DNA of 64,000 nt from Burkholderiales bacterium. Its GTDB lineage: Bacteria; Pseudomonadota; Gammaproteobacteria; Burkholderiales; JABEVD01. Below, in pieces: positions 37,426 to 50,030 of this stretch. The translations under genes were made by a program, and so were the position numbers. The DNA lies in contig JAIELG010000009.1 in the NCBI GenBank assembly GCA_019753155.1, forward strand, positions 47,744 to 111,743, given 5' to 3'. The notes under the pieces were generated by a model that was given only the letters and a program-made list of their open reading frames with translations, was not told the origin of the DNA and made no database searches. Every line of letters begins with the position of its first letter. Positions within the stretch are counted from its first letter, which is position 1.

Positions 37426-37728
37426 ATGCAAGTAACGGAAAGAAGGAAGAATCCTCGTTCGCCCTTGCACTCGCGGGGGTTCGCGATGATGGACGGCATT
37501 CGGGTCAATTTGAAAACACATGATGTCTCGCTGGGCGGCTCTCTGGTCGAGCTCGAAGATCCGCCTGAACTCGAGGAAGGCAGCACTATCGATGTACGCC
37601 TCGAAATCGGTTTCGACGTCAAAGCCAGGGTCTGCAGGGTGTCGAAAACCGCAAACGGAAATTTGATGATCGGGTTGATTTTCGACAAGCTCGACTTTTC
37701 CGCGAACTCCGCATACCAACTGCATTAA
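37426..37728 (+). CDS. PilZ-domain (c-di-GMP-binding) protein
   Basis: The RRKNPR (RxxxR) and DVSLGGS (D.S..G) motifs are present. Confidence 0.75.
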   Translation: MQVTERRKNPRSPLHSRGFAMMDGIRVNLKTHDVSLGGSLVELEDPPELEEGSTIDVRLEIGFDVKARVCRVSKTANGNLMIGLIFDKLDFSANSAYQLH

Positions 37729-39047
37729 TCTTTGGACAGGACGCGGGCTTCGGCCGCCCCCTCTCCGAAAGTGATGGCTATTTTTTCCCCGATTTCAATC
37801 TGCGAACTGCCGCAAATTATCTCTCCAGACGCGTTTTGCACCATGCTGTAGCCCCTGGCCAGAACGGACTGTGGGTTGAGGTGGGAAAGATTCGCTTCCA
37901 GCCTTTGCAGCAGCATGCCGGTATCCTGAAACAGCCTCAGCATCGAATTGTTCAGCCTCGCCCCGATAGCGTCCATCCGCTTGACGCTGGAAGCATGATC
38001 GGGCCTGGAAGCGCAAAGTCTCTGGTGCATGTGCCGAATCCCCCATGCTCTCTCGTCCAATTGTCTCTCCCATGCCGCATCGAGCCTGAGGGACAGGTGA
38101 CGAAGATGCAGAAGCTGATTCCTTATCCTTTCCCTGGGGTGCGAGATGCGCCTCCCCAGGTGATCGACATGCTGCATCCTGGATTCGATTGCATGAGCGA
38201 CCATCCTGCGCAAGCGCCCGTGCAGCATGTCAAGCCTGTGAATCAGGTCTTCGCGGTCAGGGCTTGCCAATTCTGCAGCGCCGGTCGGGGTCGGCGCGCG
38301 CACATCCGCGACAAAATCGGCAATGGTGAAATCCGTTTCATGCCCCACACCGCACACTATGGGAATGGGGCAAGCCGCAATCGCGTAAGCGACGATTTCG
38401 GCATTGAATGCCGAAATGTCCTCGATACTGCCCCCGCCTCTTGCCAGGATGAGCGTATCGCAAACATCATGCCGCGCCGCATGGCCTATGGCCGATGCGA
38501 TCTGATCCGCAGCCCCGTCCCCCTGAACTGCGGCGGGGTAGATCACGATGGAAATGGAAGGCATGCGCCGCTCCAGCGTCCTGAGAATGTCATGCAAGGC
38601 AGCCGCATGGCTTGACGTGACGATGCCTATTTTTTTCGGAAAACGGGGGATGCTCTTCTTGCGCTCAGGCGCGAAAAGACCTTCCTTTGCAAGTTTTTCC
38701 CTGAGCCTGACAAAAGCCTCGAAAGTCGCGCCCTGCCCCGATTTGCGAAGCGACTCCACCCCGAGTTGAAAATCGCCCCTGGCCTCATAAAGCGTCACCA
38801 GCACCATCGCCTCAACCTGCATGCCCTCACGAGGCATCCAGTCCAGGACCAGATTTTTCTGACGAAACATGACACAGCGGACAGAAGCCGACGCGTCCTT
38901 CAGTGAAAAATACCAGTGTCCGGAAGAGGCTCTCGTAAAATTCGAAACCTCCCCGGCAACCCACAACAGAGGGAAACTTTGTTCGAGCAATTGGCGGACC
39001 GATCTGTTCAGCTCGCTGACGGTTACTATCATGTTCATCTTCAACAT
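37725..39047 (-). CDS. xseA: Exodeoxyribonuclease VII large subunit
   Basis: VSELN...R.LLE..F...WV.GE.SNF.R..SGHWYFSLKD and ...ARGGGS.EDL..FN are present. Confidence 0.95.
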   Translation of the reverse strand: MLKMNMIVTVSELNRSVRQLLEQSFPLLWVAGEVSNFTRASSGHWYFSLKDASASVRCVMFRQKNLVLDWMPREGMQVEAMVLVTLYEARGDFQLGVESLRKSGQGATFEAFVRLREKLAKEGLFAPERKKSIPRFPKKIGIVTSSHAAALHDILRTLERRMPSISIVIYPAAVQGDGAADQIASAIGHAARHDVCDTLILARGGGSIEDISAFNAEIVAYAIAACPIPIVCGVGHETDFTIADFVADVRAPTPTGAAELASPDREDLIHRLDMLHGRLRRMVAHAIESRMQHVDHLGRRISHPRERIRNQLLHLRHLSLRLDAAWERQLDERAWGIRHMHQRLCASRPDHASSVKRMDAIGARLNNSMLRLFQDTGMLLQRLEANLSHLNPQSVLARGYSMVQNASGEIICGSSQIEIGEKIAITFGEGAAEARVLSKD

Positions 39048-39329
39048 TTTATCTCAACATGATTAACAAAATTGCATTGGAGCATTCAATGCAATATACA
39101 AACCACAACAATATCCGTAACACGTTGTTTATAATTAATAATTTAAATGCTCAAAATTTGATCCGCACTGATAAAAACCTTACAGGAGGCTTACTTAAGC
39201 ATCGAAAATGCAAGTTACGAACAAAGTTATGCACAGAAAATGTGGATAGATGAAAATCTCTTTAAGTATTCAAAGCTTATACGCAGGCAGGCAGACGAAG
39301 TGTAAAGTTTACCGACGCCTTTTGCGAGT

Positions 39330-39495
39330 TGACGCCCACCCCACCTGCGAGCTGACATTCACCGGATGTCATCCAGGCTTACCCCGCTTGCGCTACATCG
39401 AGCCCCGCACCGTCGCCCCGAACGGAGCGATGTTGCCATCCCGAGGAATTCGAGGGATCCCTGGATTTCTCGACAAGCTCGAAATGACAGTGGAA
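39330..39495. repeat. REP/MITE-like palindromic element, second locus of the 12225-12365 family
   Basis: ...ACCCCGCTTGCGCTA...GCCATCCCGAGGAATTCGAGGGATCCCTGGATTTCTCGACAAGCTCGAAATGACAGTGG shares its termini and the CGAGGGATC..TGGATT.CTC core with the first locus. Confidence 0.5.
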
Positions 39496-39673
39496 CCTGC
39501 ATTGGGGTAATCACAAAAATTCCCTAGTCACAGCTCGAACGGACCATCATGGGGAAAAACATGATGGGCGTCTCCTTATCCACGCTGCAAGCGCATCATC
39601 ACTACAGGAAAACGCCGGCTTGCCGAAATCCGCTTTGCAGGCTAAAGTATCGGACTACTTTGGGGAGGAATTC

Positions 39674-40288
39674 TTGTTTACCATCATTGAAGCCGCCGGC
39701 TGGCCGATCTGGCCGATTCTCATAGCATCGCTCGTATCGGTGATGATCATCGTCTATTGCCTGATTTCGTTGAGGCAGAGCGTGGTAGCCCCAAAAACGC
39801 TGCTTCCCAGAATCATTCAGGAATTCAAAAGAAACGGGGTCACGCAGGAACTGATCTCCAAGCTCTCCGCGAAGGATGCGCCTTTGCTTGCCCATATCCT
39901 GGCGACAGGACTCAGGAATTCAAAAAACTCGCGGGAAGTCATGAAGGAATCCATAGAAGAGGCCGGGAGGATCGCCGTTCACGATATGGAGCGCTTTCTG
40001 ACCACGCTGGGAACCATCGCATCCATCAGTCCGCTTCTGGGATTGTTCGGCACAATGATCGGCATGATCGAACTTTTCGGCTCGCAATCGGCAAGCGGAG
40101 CCAATCCGACCATGCTTGCCCACGGCATTTCGGTCGCGCTCTACAATACCGCCCTCGGTCTTGCAGTGGCCATCCCAAGCATGATTTTCTACCGGCATTT
40201 CAGGGGCAAAATCGAAGCGCTCGTCGTCGAAATGGAGCAGGAAGCGATCAAGCTGATCGAAATCGTACACGGCGAACGCCAGGACTGA
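39674..40288 (+). CDS. exbB: MotA/TolQ/ExbB proton-channel protein
   Basis: (M)FTIIEAAGWPIWPILI.S... is the typical N-terminus. The TTG at 39674 is preceded by GGGGAGG. The ORF-track TTG at 39620 is an alternative. Confidence 0.85.
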   Translation: MFTIIEAAGWPIWPILIASLVSVMIIVYCLISLRQSVVAPKTLLPRIIQEFKRNGVTQELISKLSAKDAPLLAHILATGLRNSKNSREVMKESIEEAGRIAVHDMERFLTTLGTIASISPLLGLFGTMIGMIELFGSQSASGANPTMLAHGISVALYNTALGLAVAIPSMIFYRHFRGKIEALVVEMEQEAIKLIEIVHGERQD

Positions 40289-40289
40289 C

Positions 40290-40703
40290 ATGGATTTCAG
40301 GCGAGGCAAACACAGGGAAGAGCCGGAAATCAATCTGGTGCCGTTGATCGACGTTCTGCTCGTCATCCTGATTTTCTTGATGGTCACAACCACTTATTCG
40401 AAGTTCGGCGAACTCAAGATCACCCTGCCCGAAGCGTCCACGGAGAAACCGCCCCAGCACCCGAACCCCATCATTGTCACCATCGATGCTCAGGGGCATT
40501 ACATGGTAAACAGCAGCGCCGTCCCGTCGAATACGGTCGATGCGCTGAGCCTTGCGCTGCGCAGGGCGGCGGCGGATCAGAAGGATCCCGTCATCGTCAT
40601 CAATGCCGATGCGAAATCGACGCACCAGTCCGTCGTCAACGTCATGGAGGCCGCAAGAGTTTCGGGCTATACCCATATCACGTTCACCACGCAGTCGCAG
40701 TGA
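40290..40703 (+). CDS. exbD: ExbD/TolR biopolymer transport protein
   Basis: ...EINLVPLIDVLLVILIFLMVT... and ...V.I.AD....H..VV.VM.A are present. Confidence 0.9.
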   Translation: MDFRRGKHREEPEINLVPLIDVLLVILIFLMVTTTYSKFGELKITLPEASTEKPPQHPNPIIVTIDAQGHYMVNSSAVPSNTVDALSLALRRAAADQKDPVIVINADAKSTHQSVVNVMEAARVSGYTHITFTTQSQ

Positions 40704-41680
40704 TGCGCCGGCTCGAAAGCTGCTGGCAATCCCCAGCGCGCTTTCTTCTTTTGCCTTTCGGCCTGATTTTCGGGCTGCTCGCCCATGTACGGCGCATGCT
40801 CTACAGATATGGCCTGCTCGAATCGATCCGTCCGCCGGTTCCCGTCCTGATCGTCGGCAACATCACGGCAGGGGGCAGCGGCAAAACCCCGCTGGTTGCA
40901 GCGCTTGCCGAAGCACTGGCTGTCCGCGGACTGCATCCCGGCATCGTCAGCCGCGGGTACGGCGGCAGCGCGGCAGCGCCGCTCAAAGTGGATAAAACCG
41001 GCGACCCTGGAATTTTCGGCGACGAGCCCCTGCTGCTGGCAAGCAAGGGATTTCCGGTCTGGGTGGGCAGAAAAAGAGGGGACGCTGCATTGGGACTCCT
41101 TGCTTCCGATCCGCAATGCGACATCCTGATTGGGGACGACGGATTACAGCATTATGCGCTTTGCCGCGATTTCGAAATCGCCGTGATCGATGGCGAGAGC
41201 GTTTTCGGCAACGGGCTTCTCCTTCCTGCAGGCCCCTTGCGCGAATTGCCAAGCCGACTGGACAGCGTGAATGCCATCGTCGTCAATTGTGCAGGAAAAC
41301 CCCCGCAACTGCACACATCGGCTCCGGTATTTTCCATGCATCTTACAGGAAATGTTTTCATCAGCGTCGATCATCCGGGAATTTCGGCATCGGAATTTCC
41401 AGGAAAAAAACTCCACGCCATTGCGGGCATCGGCAATCCGCAGCGTTTTTTCGATCACCTTGCCGCGCTCGGACTGCGATTCACACCGCATCCATTTCCG
41501 GACCACCATCCCTACCGCAGCGAAGATCTCGAATTCGAAGATTGCGACATCATTATCATGACGGAGAAAGATGCTATAAAATGCAGGGGACTCGCTCCGG
41601 GAAAAAGCTGGTTTTTGCCGGTGAAGGCGGAAATCGATTCTGCCCTCGTCGAACTGATTCTGAAAACCCTGGGAAAATAA
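40700..41680 (+). CDS. lpxK: Tetraacyldisaccharide 4'-kinase
   Basis: PV.VVGNIT.GG.GKTP....L......G..PGI.SRGYG is present. Confidence 0.9.
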   Translation: MMRRLESCWQSPARFLLLPFGLIFGLLAHVRRMLYRYGLLESIRPPVPVLIVGNITAGGSGKTPLVAALAEALAVRGLHPGIVSRGYGGSAAAPLKVDKTGDPGIFGDEPLLLASKGFPVWVGRKRGDAALGLLASDPQCDILIGDDGLQHYALCRDFEIAVIDGESVFGNGLLLPAGPLRELPSRLDSVNAIVVNCAGKPPQLHTSAPVFSMHLTGNVFISVDHPGISASEFPGKKLHAIAGIGNPQRFFDHLAALGLRFTPHPFPDHHPYRSEDLEFEDCDIIIMTEKDAIKCRGLAPGKSWFLPVKAEIDSALVELILKTLGK

Positions 41681-41854
41681 ATGGACCCCAAACTGCTCGA
41701 TATTCTCGTCTGCCCCCTGTGCAAGGGACCGCTCGTATGCAAAGGTCAGGAACTCTTCTGCAAGCCGGACAGGATGGCTTTTCCCATCCGGGACGGCATC
41801 CCCGTGATGCTGGAAGAGGAAGCGCGAAAACTCCCGCCGGAGGAAGAAGTCTGA
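41681..41854 (+). CDS. ycaR: Trm112/YcaR-family small protein (57 aa; too short for the ORF track)
   Basis: Translated by hand as [57 protein letters not shown]. It lies between lpxK and kdsB, as in many proteobacteria. Confidence 0.8.
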   Translation: MDPKLLDILVCPLCKGPLVCKGQELFCKPDRMAFPIRDGIPVMLEEEARKLPPEEEV

Positions 41855-43263
<1,409 letters not shown>

Positions 43264-43308
43264 TGCATCTTTGTTATAGAATTCATTCATGATCTGGAAG
43301 GAAAAATC

Positions 43309-44571
43309 ATGGCCGTCAAAAATGCTTTCTATGCCCAATCCGGGGGCGTCACTTCAGTCATCAACGCTTCCGCCTGCGGCGTAATCGAAACAGCGCGCCG
43401 CCACCCTGAAAGCATAGGCAAGGTCTACGCTGGAAGGAATGGCATCATCGGCGCGCTTCAGGAGGATCTGATCGACACTTCCCTCGAAGCCGCGGATTCG
43501 ATCTCCGCACTCAGATACACCCCGTCGGGCGCATTCGGCTCCTGCCGCTACAAGCTGAAAGGACTCGATACCCACAGGGCCCAGTACGAGCGCCTGATCG
43601 AAGTATTCAAGGCTCATGATATCGGCTATTTCTTCTACAACGGCGGCGGGGACTCCGCCGACACCTGCCTCAAGGTTTCGCAGCTCTCCAGTGCGCTCGG
43701 CTATTCCCTCTGTGCCATCCATATCCCGAAAACGGTGGACAATGACCTTCCGATCACCGACTGCTGCCCTGGATTCGGGTCGGTCGCGAAATATATCGCC
43801 ACTTCCGTGAGGGAAGCAAGCTTCGATGTGGCCTCGATGGCGAAAACCTCGACCAAAATTTTCGTCATCGAGGTCATGGGGCGGCATGCCGGCTGGATCG
43901 CTGCAGCGGGGGGCCTTGCGAGCGCTCCGGGGTGCGAATTGCCCATCGTGATCCTGTTCCCGGAAGTGCCGTTCGATGAAGCGCAGTTTCTCGCCCGCGT
44001 GGACGAAATGGTGAAGCAGCATGGCTACTGCTCCATAGTCGTGTCGGAAGGCGTCCAGGACCGGGACGGGAAATTTCTTTCCGACCAGGGATTGAGGGAT
44101 GCTTTCGGGCACGCCCAACTGGGCGGCGTCGCCCCCCTCATCGCCAATCTTTGCCGGGAAAAGCTGGGCTACAAATACCATTGGGCGGTTGCGGATTACC
44201 TGCAGCGGGCTGCCCGCCATATCGCATCGAAAACCGATGTAGAACAGGCTTACGCGGTGGGTCGTGCCGCCGTGGAACTCGCGCTTGCCGGAAAGAATGC
44301 CGTCATGCCGGCCATAGTCAGGACATCAAGCAATCCCTATCTCTGGGAAATCGGCACGGCGGAACTCAAGGATGTCGCGAATGTCGAGAAGATGATGCCG
44401 CCGGATTTCATTTCGGAAGACGGGTTCGGCATCACCGAAGCATGCAGAAGTTATCTTCTGCCGCTGATCGAGGGGGAAGACTATCCGCCTTACAGAAACG
44501 GGCTTCCAGACTATGTCAGACTCGCAAATATCGCCGTCCGGAAAAAACTTGCAGGAGAATTCCAGATCTGA
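43309..44571 (+). CDS. pfp: Phosphofructokinase, probably PPi-dependent (420-aa type)
   Basis: The PFK fold motifs SGG.TSVINAS, F.YNGGGDS and IPKTVDNDL are present. PPi-dependence is inferred from the family size class and the adjacent H+-PPase, not from sequence alone. Confidence 0.75.
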   Translation: MAVKNAFYAQSGGVTSVINASACGVIETARRHPESIGKVYAGRNGIIGALQEDLIDTSLEAADSISALRYTPSGAFGSCRYKLKGLDTHRAQYERLIEVFKAHDIGYFFYNGGGDSADTCLKVSQLSSALGYSLCAIHIPKTVDNDLPITDCCPGFGSVAKYIATSVREASFDVASMAKTSTKIFVIEVMGRHAGWIAAAGGLASAPGCELPIVILFPEVPFDEAQFLARVDEMVKQHGYCSIVVSEGVQDRDGKFLSDQGLRDAFGHAQLGGVAPLIANLCREKLGYKYHWAVADYLQRAARHIASKTDVEQAYAVGRAAVELALAGKNAVMPAIVRTSSNPYLWEIGTAELKDVANVEKMMPPDFISEDGFGITEACRSYLLPLIEGEDYPPYRNGLPDYVRLANIAVRKKLAGEFQI

Positions 44572-44598
44572 ATTTCAATCGCTTCGGGGGGAAACAAC

Positions 44599-46647
44599 AT
44601 GTCCACAGGTCTGATTTTCGCTCTCGCATGCTCCGCTGCCGCAATGCTTTACGGCGCCATATCCGGCAGATGGATCATGGCCCAGCCCGCAGGGTCCGAA
44701 CGGATGAAATCGATCGCCGCAGCGATCGAAGAAGGCGCCTCCGCTTACCTGAAGCGCCAGTATGCCACCATATCTCTCGTCGGAGCCGTCCTTTTCCTGG
44801 TGATAGGCGCCGCAATCGGCTGGAAAACCGCGATCGGCTTCGCGATCGGCGCATTGCTCTCCGCTGCCGCCGGCTTCATCGGCATGAACGTTTCGGTCAG
44901 GGCCAATGTCCGCACCGCGGAAGCCGCCAGGCACGGCCTCAACGCCGCGCTCGATGTCGCATTCAAGGGCGGGAGCGTCACGGGCCTGCTGGTGGTGGGA
45001 ATGGGACTCCTGGGTGTGGCGGGTTATTACGCATGGCTCTCGAACGGGGGCGCACTCACGGGTCGGGCGGTGCTCGACCCCCTGATCGGACTCGGATTCG
45101 GCGGATCCCTGATTTCCATCTTCGCAAGGCTGGGAGGCGGCATTTTCACAAAGGGAGCGGATGTAGGAGCGGATCTCGTGGGCAAGGTGGAAGCCGGCAT
45201 CCCCGAGGATGACCCAAGGAACCCCGCAGTGATCGCGGACAATGTGGGCGACAATGTGGGCGACTGCGCCGGAATGGCGGCCGATCTTTTCGAAACCTAT
45301 GCCGTGACCCTCATCGCCACCATGCTCCTTGGCGGAATGATCATGCAGGGCGCGAGCAGCGAAACGCAAGGCAAGGCCGTGCTCTATCCCCTGGCGCTCG
45401 GCGGATTTTCAATTCTGGCTTCCATTGCCGGCACGTTCTTCGTCAAGGCGAGGGCGGGCGGCAAAATCATGAATGCGCTCTACCGGGGACTCATCGCTTC
45501 CGGCGTCCTGTCGCTGATCGCATTCTATCCCATCACCCTATGGCTGATGGGGGACGGGATCACGTCCGGCGACAGACTCATCGGTCCGCTTGATCTTTAC
45601 CTGAGTTCGCTCATCGGACTTTTTCTCACGGGCGCAATGGTTCTCATCACCGAATATTACACTGCAACGGAATACCCTCCCGTGCGCCATATCGCCCAGG
45701 CGTCCACCACGGGTCACGGCACCAACGTGATCGCCGGTCTCGGCGTTTCCATGAGGGCGACAGCGCTTCCCGTTCTTGCAGTTTGCGCTTCCATCGGGGC
45801 CGCCTACTGGCTTGCAGGCCTCTACGGCATCGCGGTTGCCGCGACCGCCATGCTTTCAATGACAGGCATCATCGTGGCCATCGACGCCTACGGGCCCATC
45901 ACGGATAATGCCGGTGGGATCGCCGAAATGGCGGAATTGCCCAAGGAAATCCGCGACATCACCGATCCTCTGGATGCGGTGGGCAACACCACGAAGGCCG
46001 TGACAAAAGGCTATGCCATAGGCTCTGCGGGCCTTGCCGCACTCGTGCTCTTCGCCGACTATACCCACGCCCTCTCGGGCAATGGCCGGATCATCTCTTT
46101 CGATCTTTCCGACCACATGGTGATTATCGGCCTCTTCCTGGGCGGCATGGTGCCCTACCTGTTCGGCGCGATGGGAATGGAAGCGGTGGGGCGGGCGGCG
46201 GGATCGGTCGTGATCGAAGTGCGCAGGCAGTTCAGGGAAATTCCCGGAATCATGGACGGCACGGCAAAGCCCGACTATTCCAGGGCGGTCGACATGCTGA
46301 CCAAGGCTGCGATCCGCGAAATGATCGCCCCGTCCCTGCTGCCGGTATTCGTTCCCGTAATCGTGGGCCTTCTGCTGGGTCCGAAAGCCCTGGGCGGCGT
46401 GCTGGTCGGGTCCATCATCACGGGCATTTTCGTCGCGATCTCGATGACGGTGGGCGGCGGCGCATGGGATAACGCCAAGAAATACATCGAACAAGGCAAT
46501 TTCGGCGGAAAAGGATCGGATGCGCACAAGGCTGCGGTCACCGGCGATACGGTGGGCGACCCCTACAAGGATACCGCGGGTCCCGCGATCAACCCGCTCA
46601 TCAAGATCATCAACATCGTGGCGCTTTTGATCGTGCCGTTGCTATGA
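44599..46647 (+). CDS. hppA: Membrane-bound proton-translocating pyrophosphatase
   Basis: 682 aa, polytopic. [28 protein letters not shown] and ...[15 protein letters not shown] are present. Confidence 0.95.
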   Translation: MSTGLIFALACSAAAMLYGAISGRWIMAQPAGSERMKSIAAAIEEGASAYLKRQYATISLVGAVLFLVIGAAIGWKTAIGFAIGALLSAAAGFIGMNVSVRANVRTAEAARHGLNAALDVAFKGGSVTGLLVVGMGLLGVAGYYAWLSNGGALTGRAVLDPLIGLGFGGSLISIFARLGGGIFTKGADVGADLVGKVEAGIPEDDPRNPAVIADNVGDNVGDCAGMAADLFETYAVTLIATMLLGGMIMQGASSETQGKAVLYPLALGGFSILASIAGTFFVKARAGGKIMNALYRGLIASGVLSLIAFYPITLWLMGDGITSGDRLIGPLDLYLSSLIGLFLTGAMVLITEYYTATEYPPVRHIAQASTTGHGTNVIAGLGVSMRATALPVLAVCASIGAAYWLAGLYGIAVAATAMLSMTGIIVAIDAYGPITDNAGGIAEMAELPKEIRDITDPLDAVGNTTKAVTKGYAIGSAGLAALVLFADYTHALSGNGRIISFDLSDHMVIIGLFLGGMVPYLFGAMGMEAVGRAAGSVVIEVRRQFREIPGIMDGTAKPDYSRAVDMLTKAAIREMIAPSLLPVFVPVIVGLLLGPKALGGVLVGSIITGIFVAISMTVGGGAWDNAKKYIEQGNFGGKGSDAHKAAVTGDTVGDPYKDTAGPAINPLIKIINIVALLIVPLL

Positions 46648-46693
46648 CGAAAAATGACGTAACGCTTATCACCGCCACGATGGAGGCCAAATC

Positions 46694-47212
46694 ATGATCC
46701 ATTCCGTTGACGGCATGGTTCCCGAATTGCCGGAAGAGTATTTCGTCGCCGAAAACGCAACCGTTGTCGGGCGGGTCAGGCTCGGAAACAATGTCAGCGT
46801 CTGGTTCGGCGCAGTCATCAGGGGCGACGTGGACGACATCTCCATCGGGGATGAGACCAACATCCAGGATTGCTCGGTGCTGCATGTGGACAGAGGCAGC
46901 CCGCTGGCAATCGGGAGCGGCGTGACAATCGGACATGCCTGCGTCCTGCACGGCTGCACCATAGGGGACAACACCCTGATCGGAATCAAGAGCGTCGTCC
47001 TGAACGGCGCGAAGATCGGGAAGAACTGCCTGATCGGGGCCAACACCCTGATCACGGAAGGCAAAGTCATCCCGGACGGCTCCCTCGTGGTGGGCTCCCC
47101 AGGAAGGGTCATCCGGGAACTCACCCACGATGAAATCGAAGCCATCAGGAACAATGCGCGGCATTATGTCGACAATGCGCGGCAATACAGGCGCACACTG
47201 GAACCCCTCTGA
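46694..47212 (+). CDS. Gamma-class carbonic anhydrase / left-handed beta-helix (YrdA/PaaY-like) protein
   Basis: It has hexapeptide repeats and ...VWFGAVIRGD...I.IG..TNIQD.SVLH. Confidence 0.85.
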   Translation: MIHSVDGMVPELPEEYFVAENATVVGRVRLGNNVSVWFGAVIRGDVDDISIGDETNIQDCSVLHVDRGSPLAIGSGVTIGHACVLHGCTIGDNTLIGIKSVVLNGAKIGKNCLIGANTLITEGKVIPDGSLVVGSPGRVIRELTHDEIEAIRNNARHYVDNARQYRRTLEPL

Positions 47213-47219
47213 CCCCATC

Positions 47220-49995
<2,776 letters not shown>

Positions 49996-50030
49996 TTAGA
50001 ATCCTGTCATCATCATTACAATTCTCAGCC

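Noticed and set aside
39129-39147. A Fur-box-like sequence TATAATTAATAATTTAAAT upstream of exbB-exbD.
   Set aside because: The match to GATAATGATAATCATTATC is only loose and lies in generally AT-rich DNA. This exbBD pair sits in an lpxK-kdsB envelope operon rather than an obvious iron-uptake context. The call cannot be made without a scoring matrix.
39059-39253. A 64-aa ORF inside the AT-rich island (MINKIALEHS...).
   Set aside because: It is N/K/I-rich as expected from translating AT-rich DNA. It has no RBS or family resemblance, and its composition is unlike all credible genes here.
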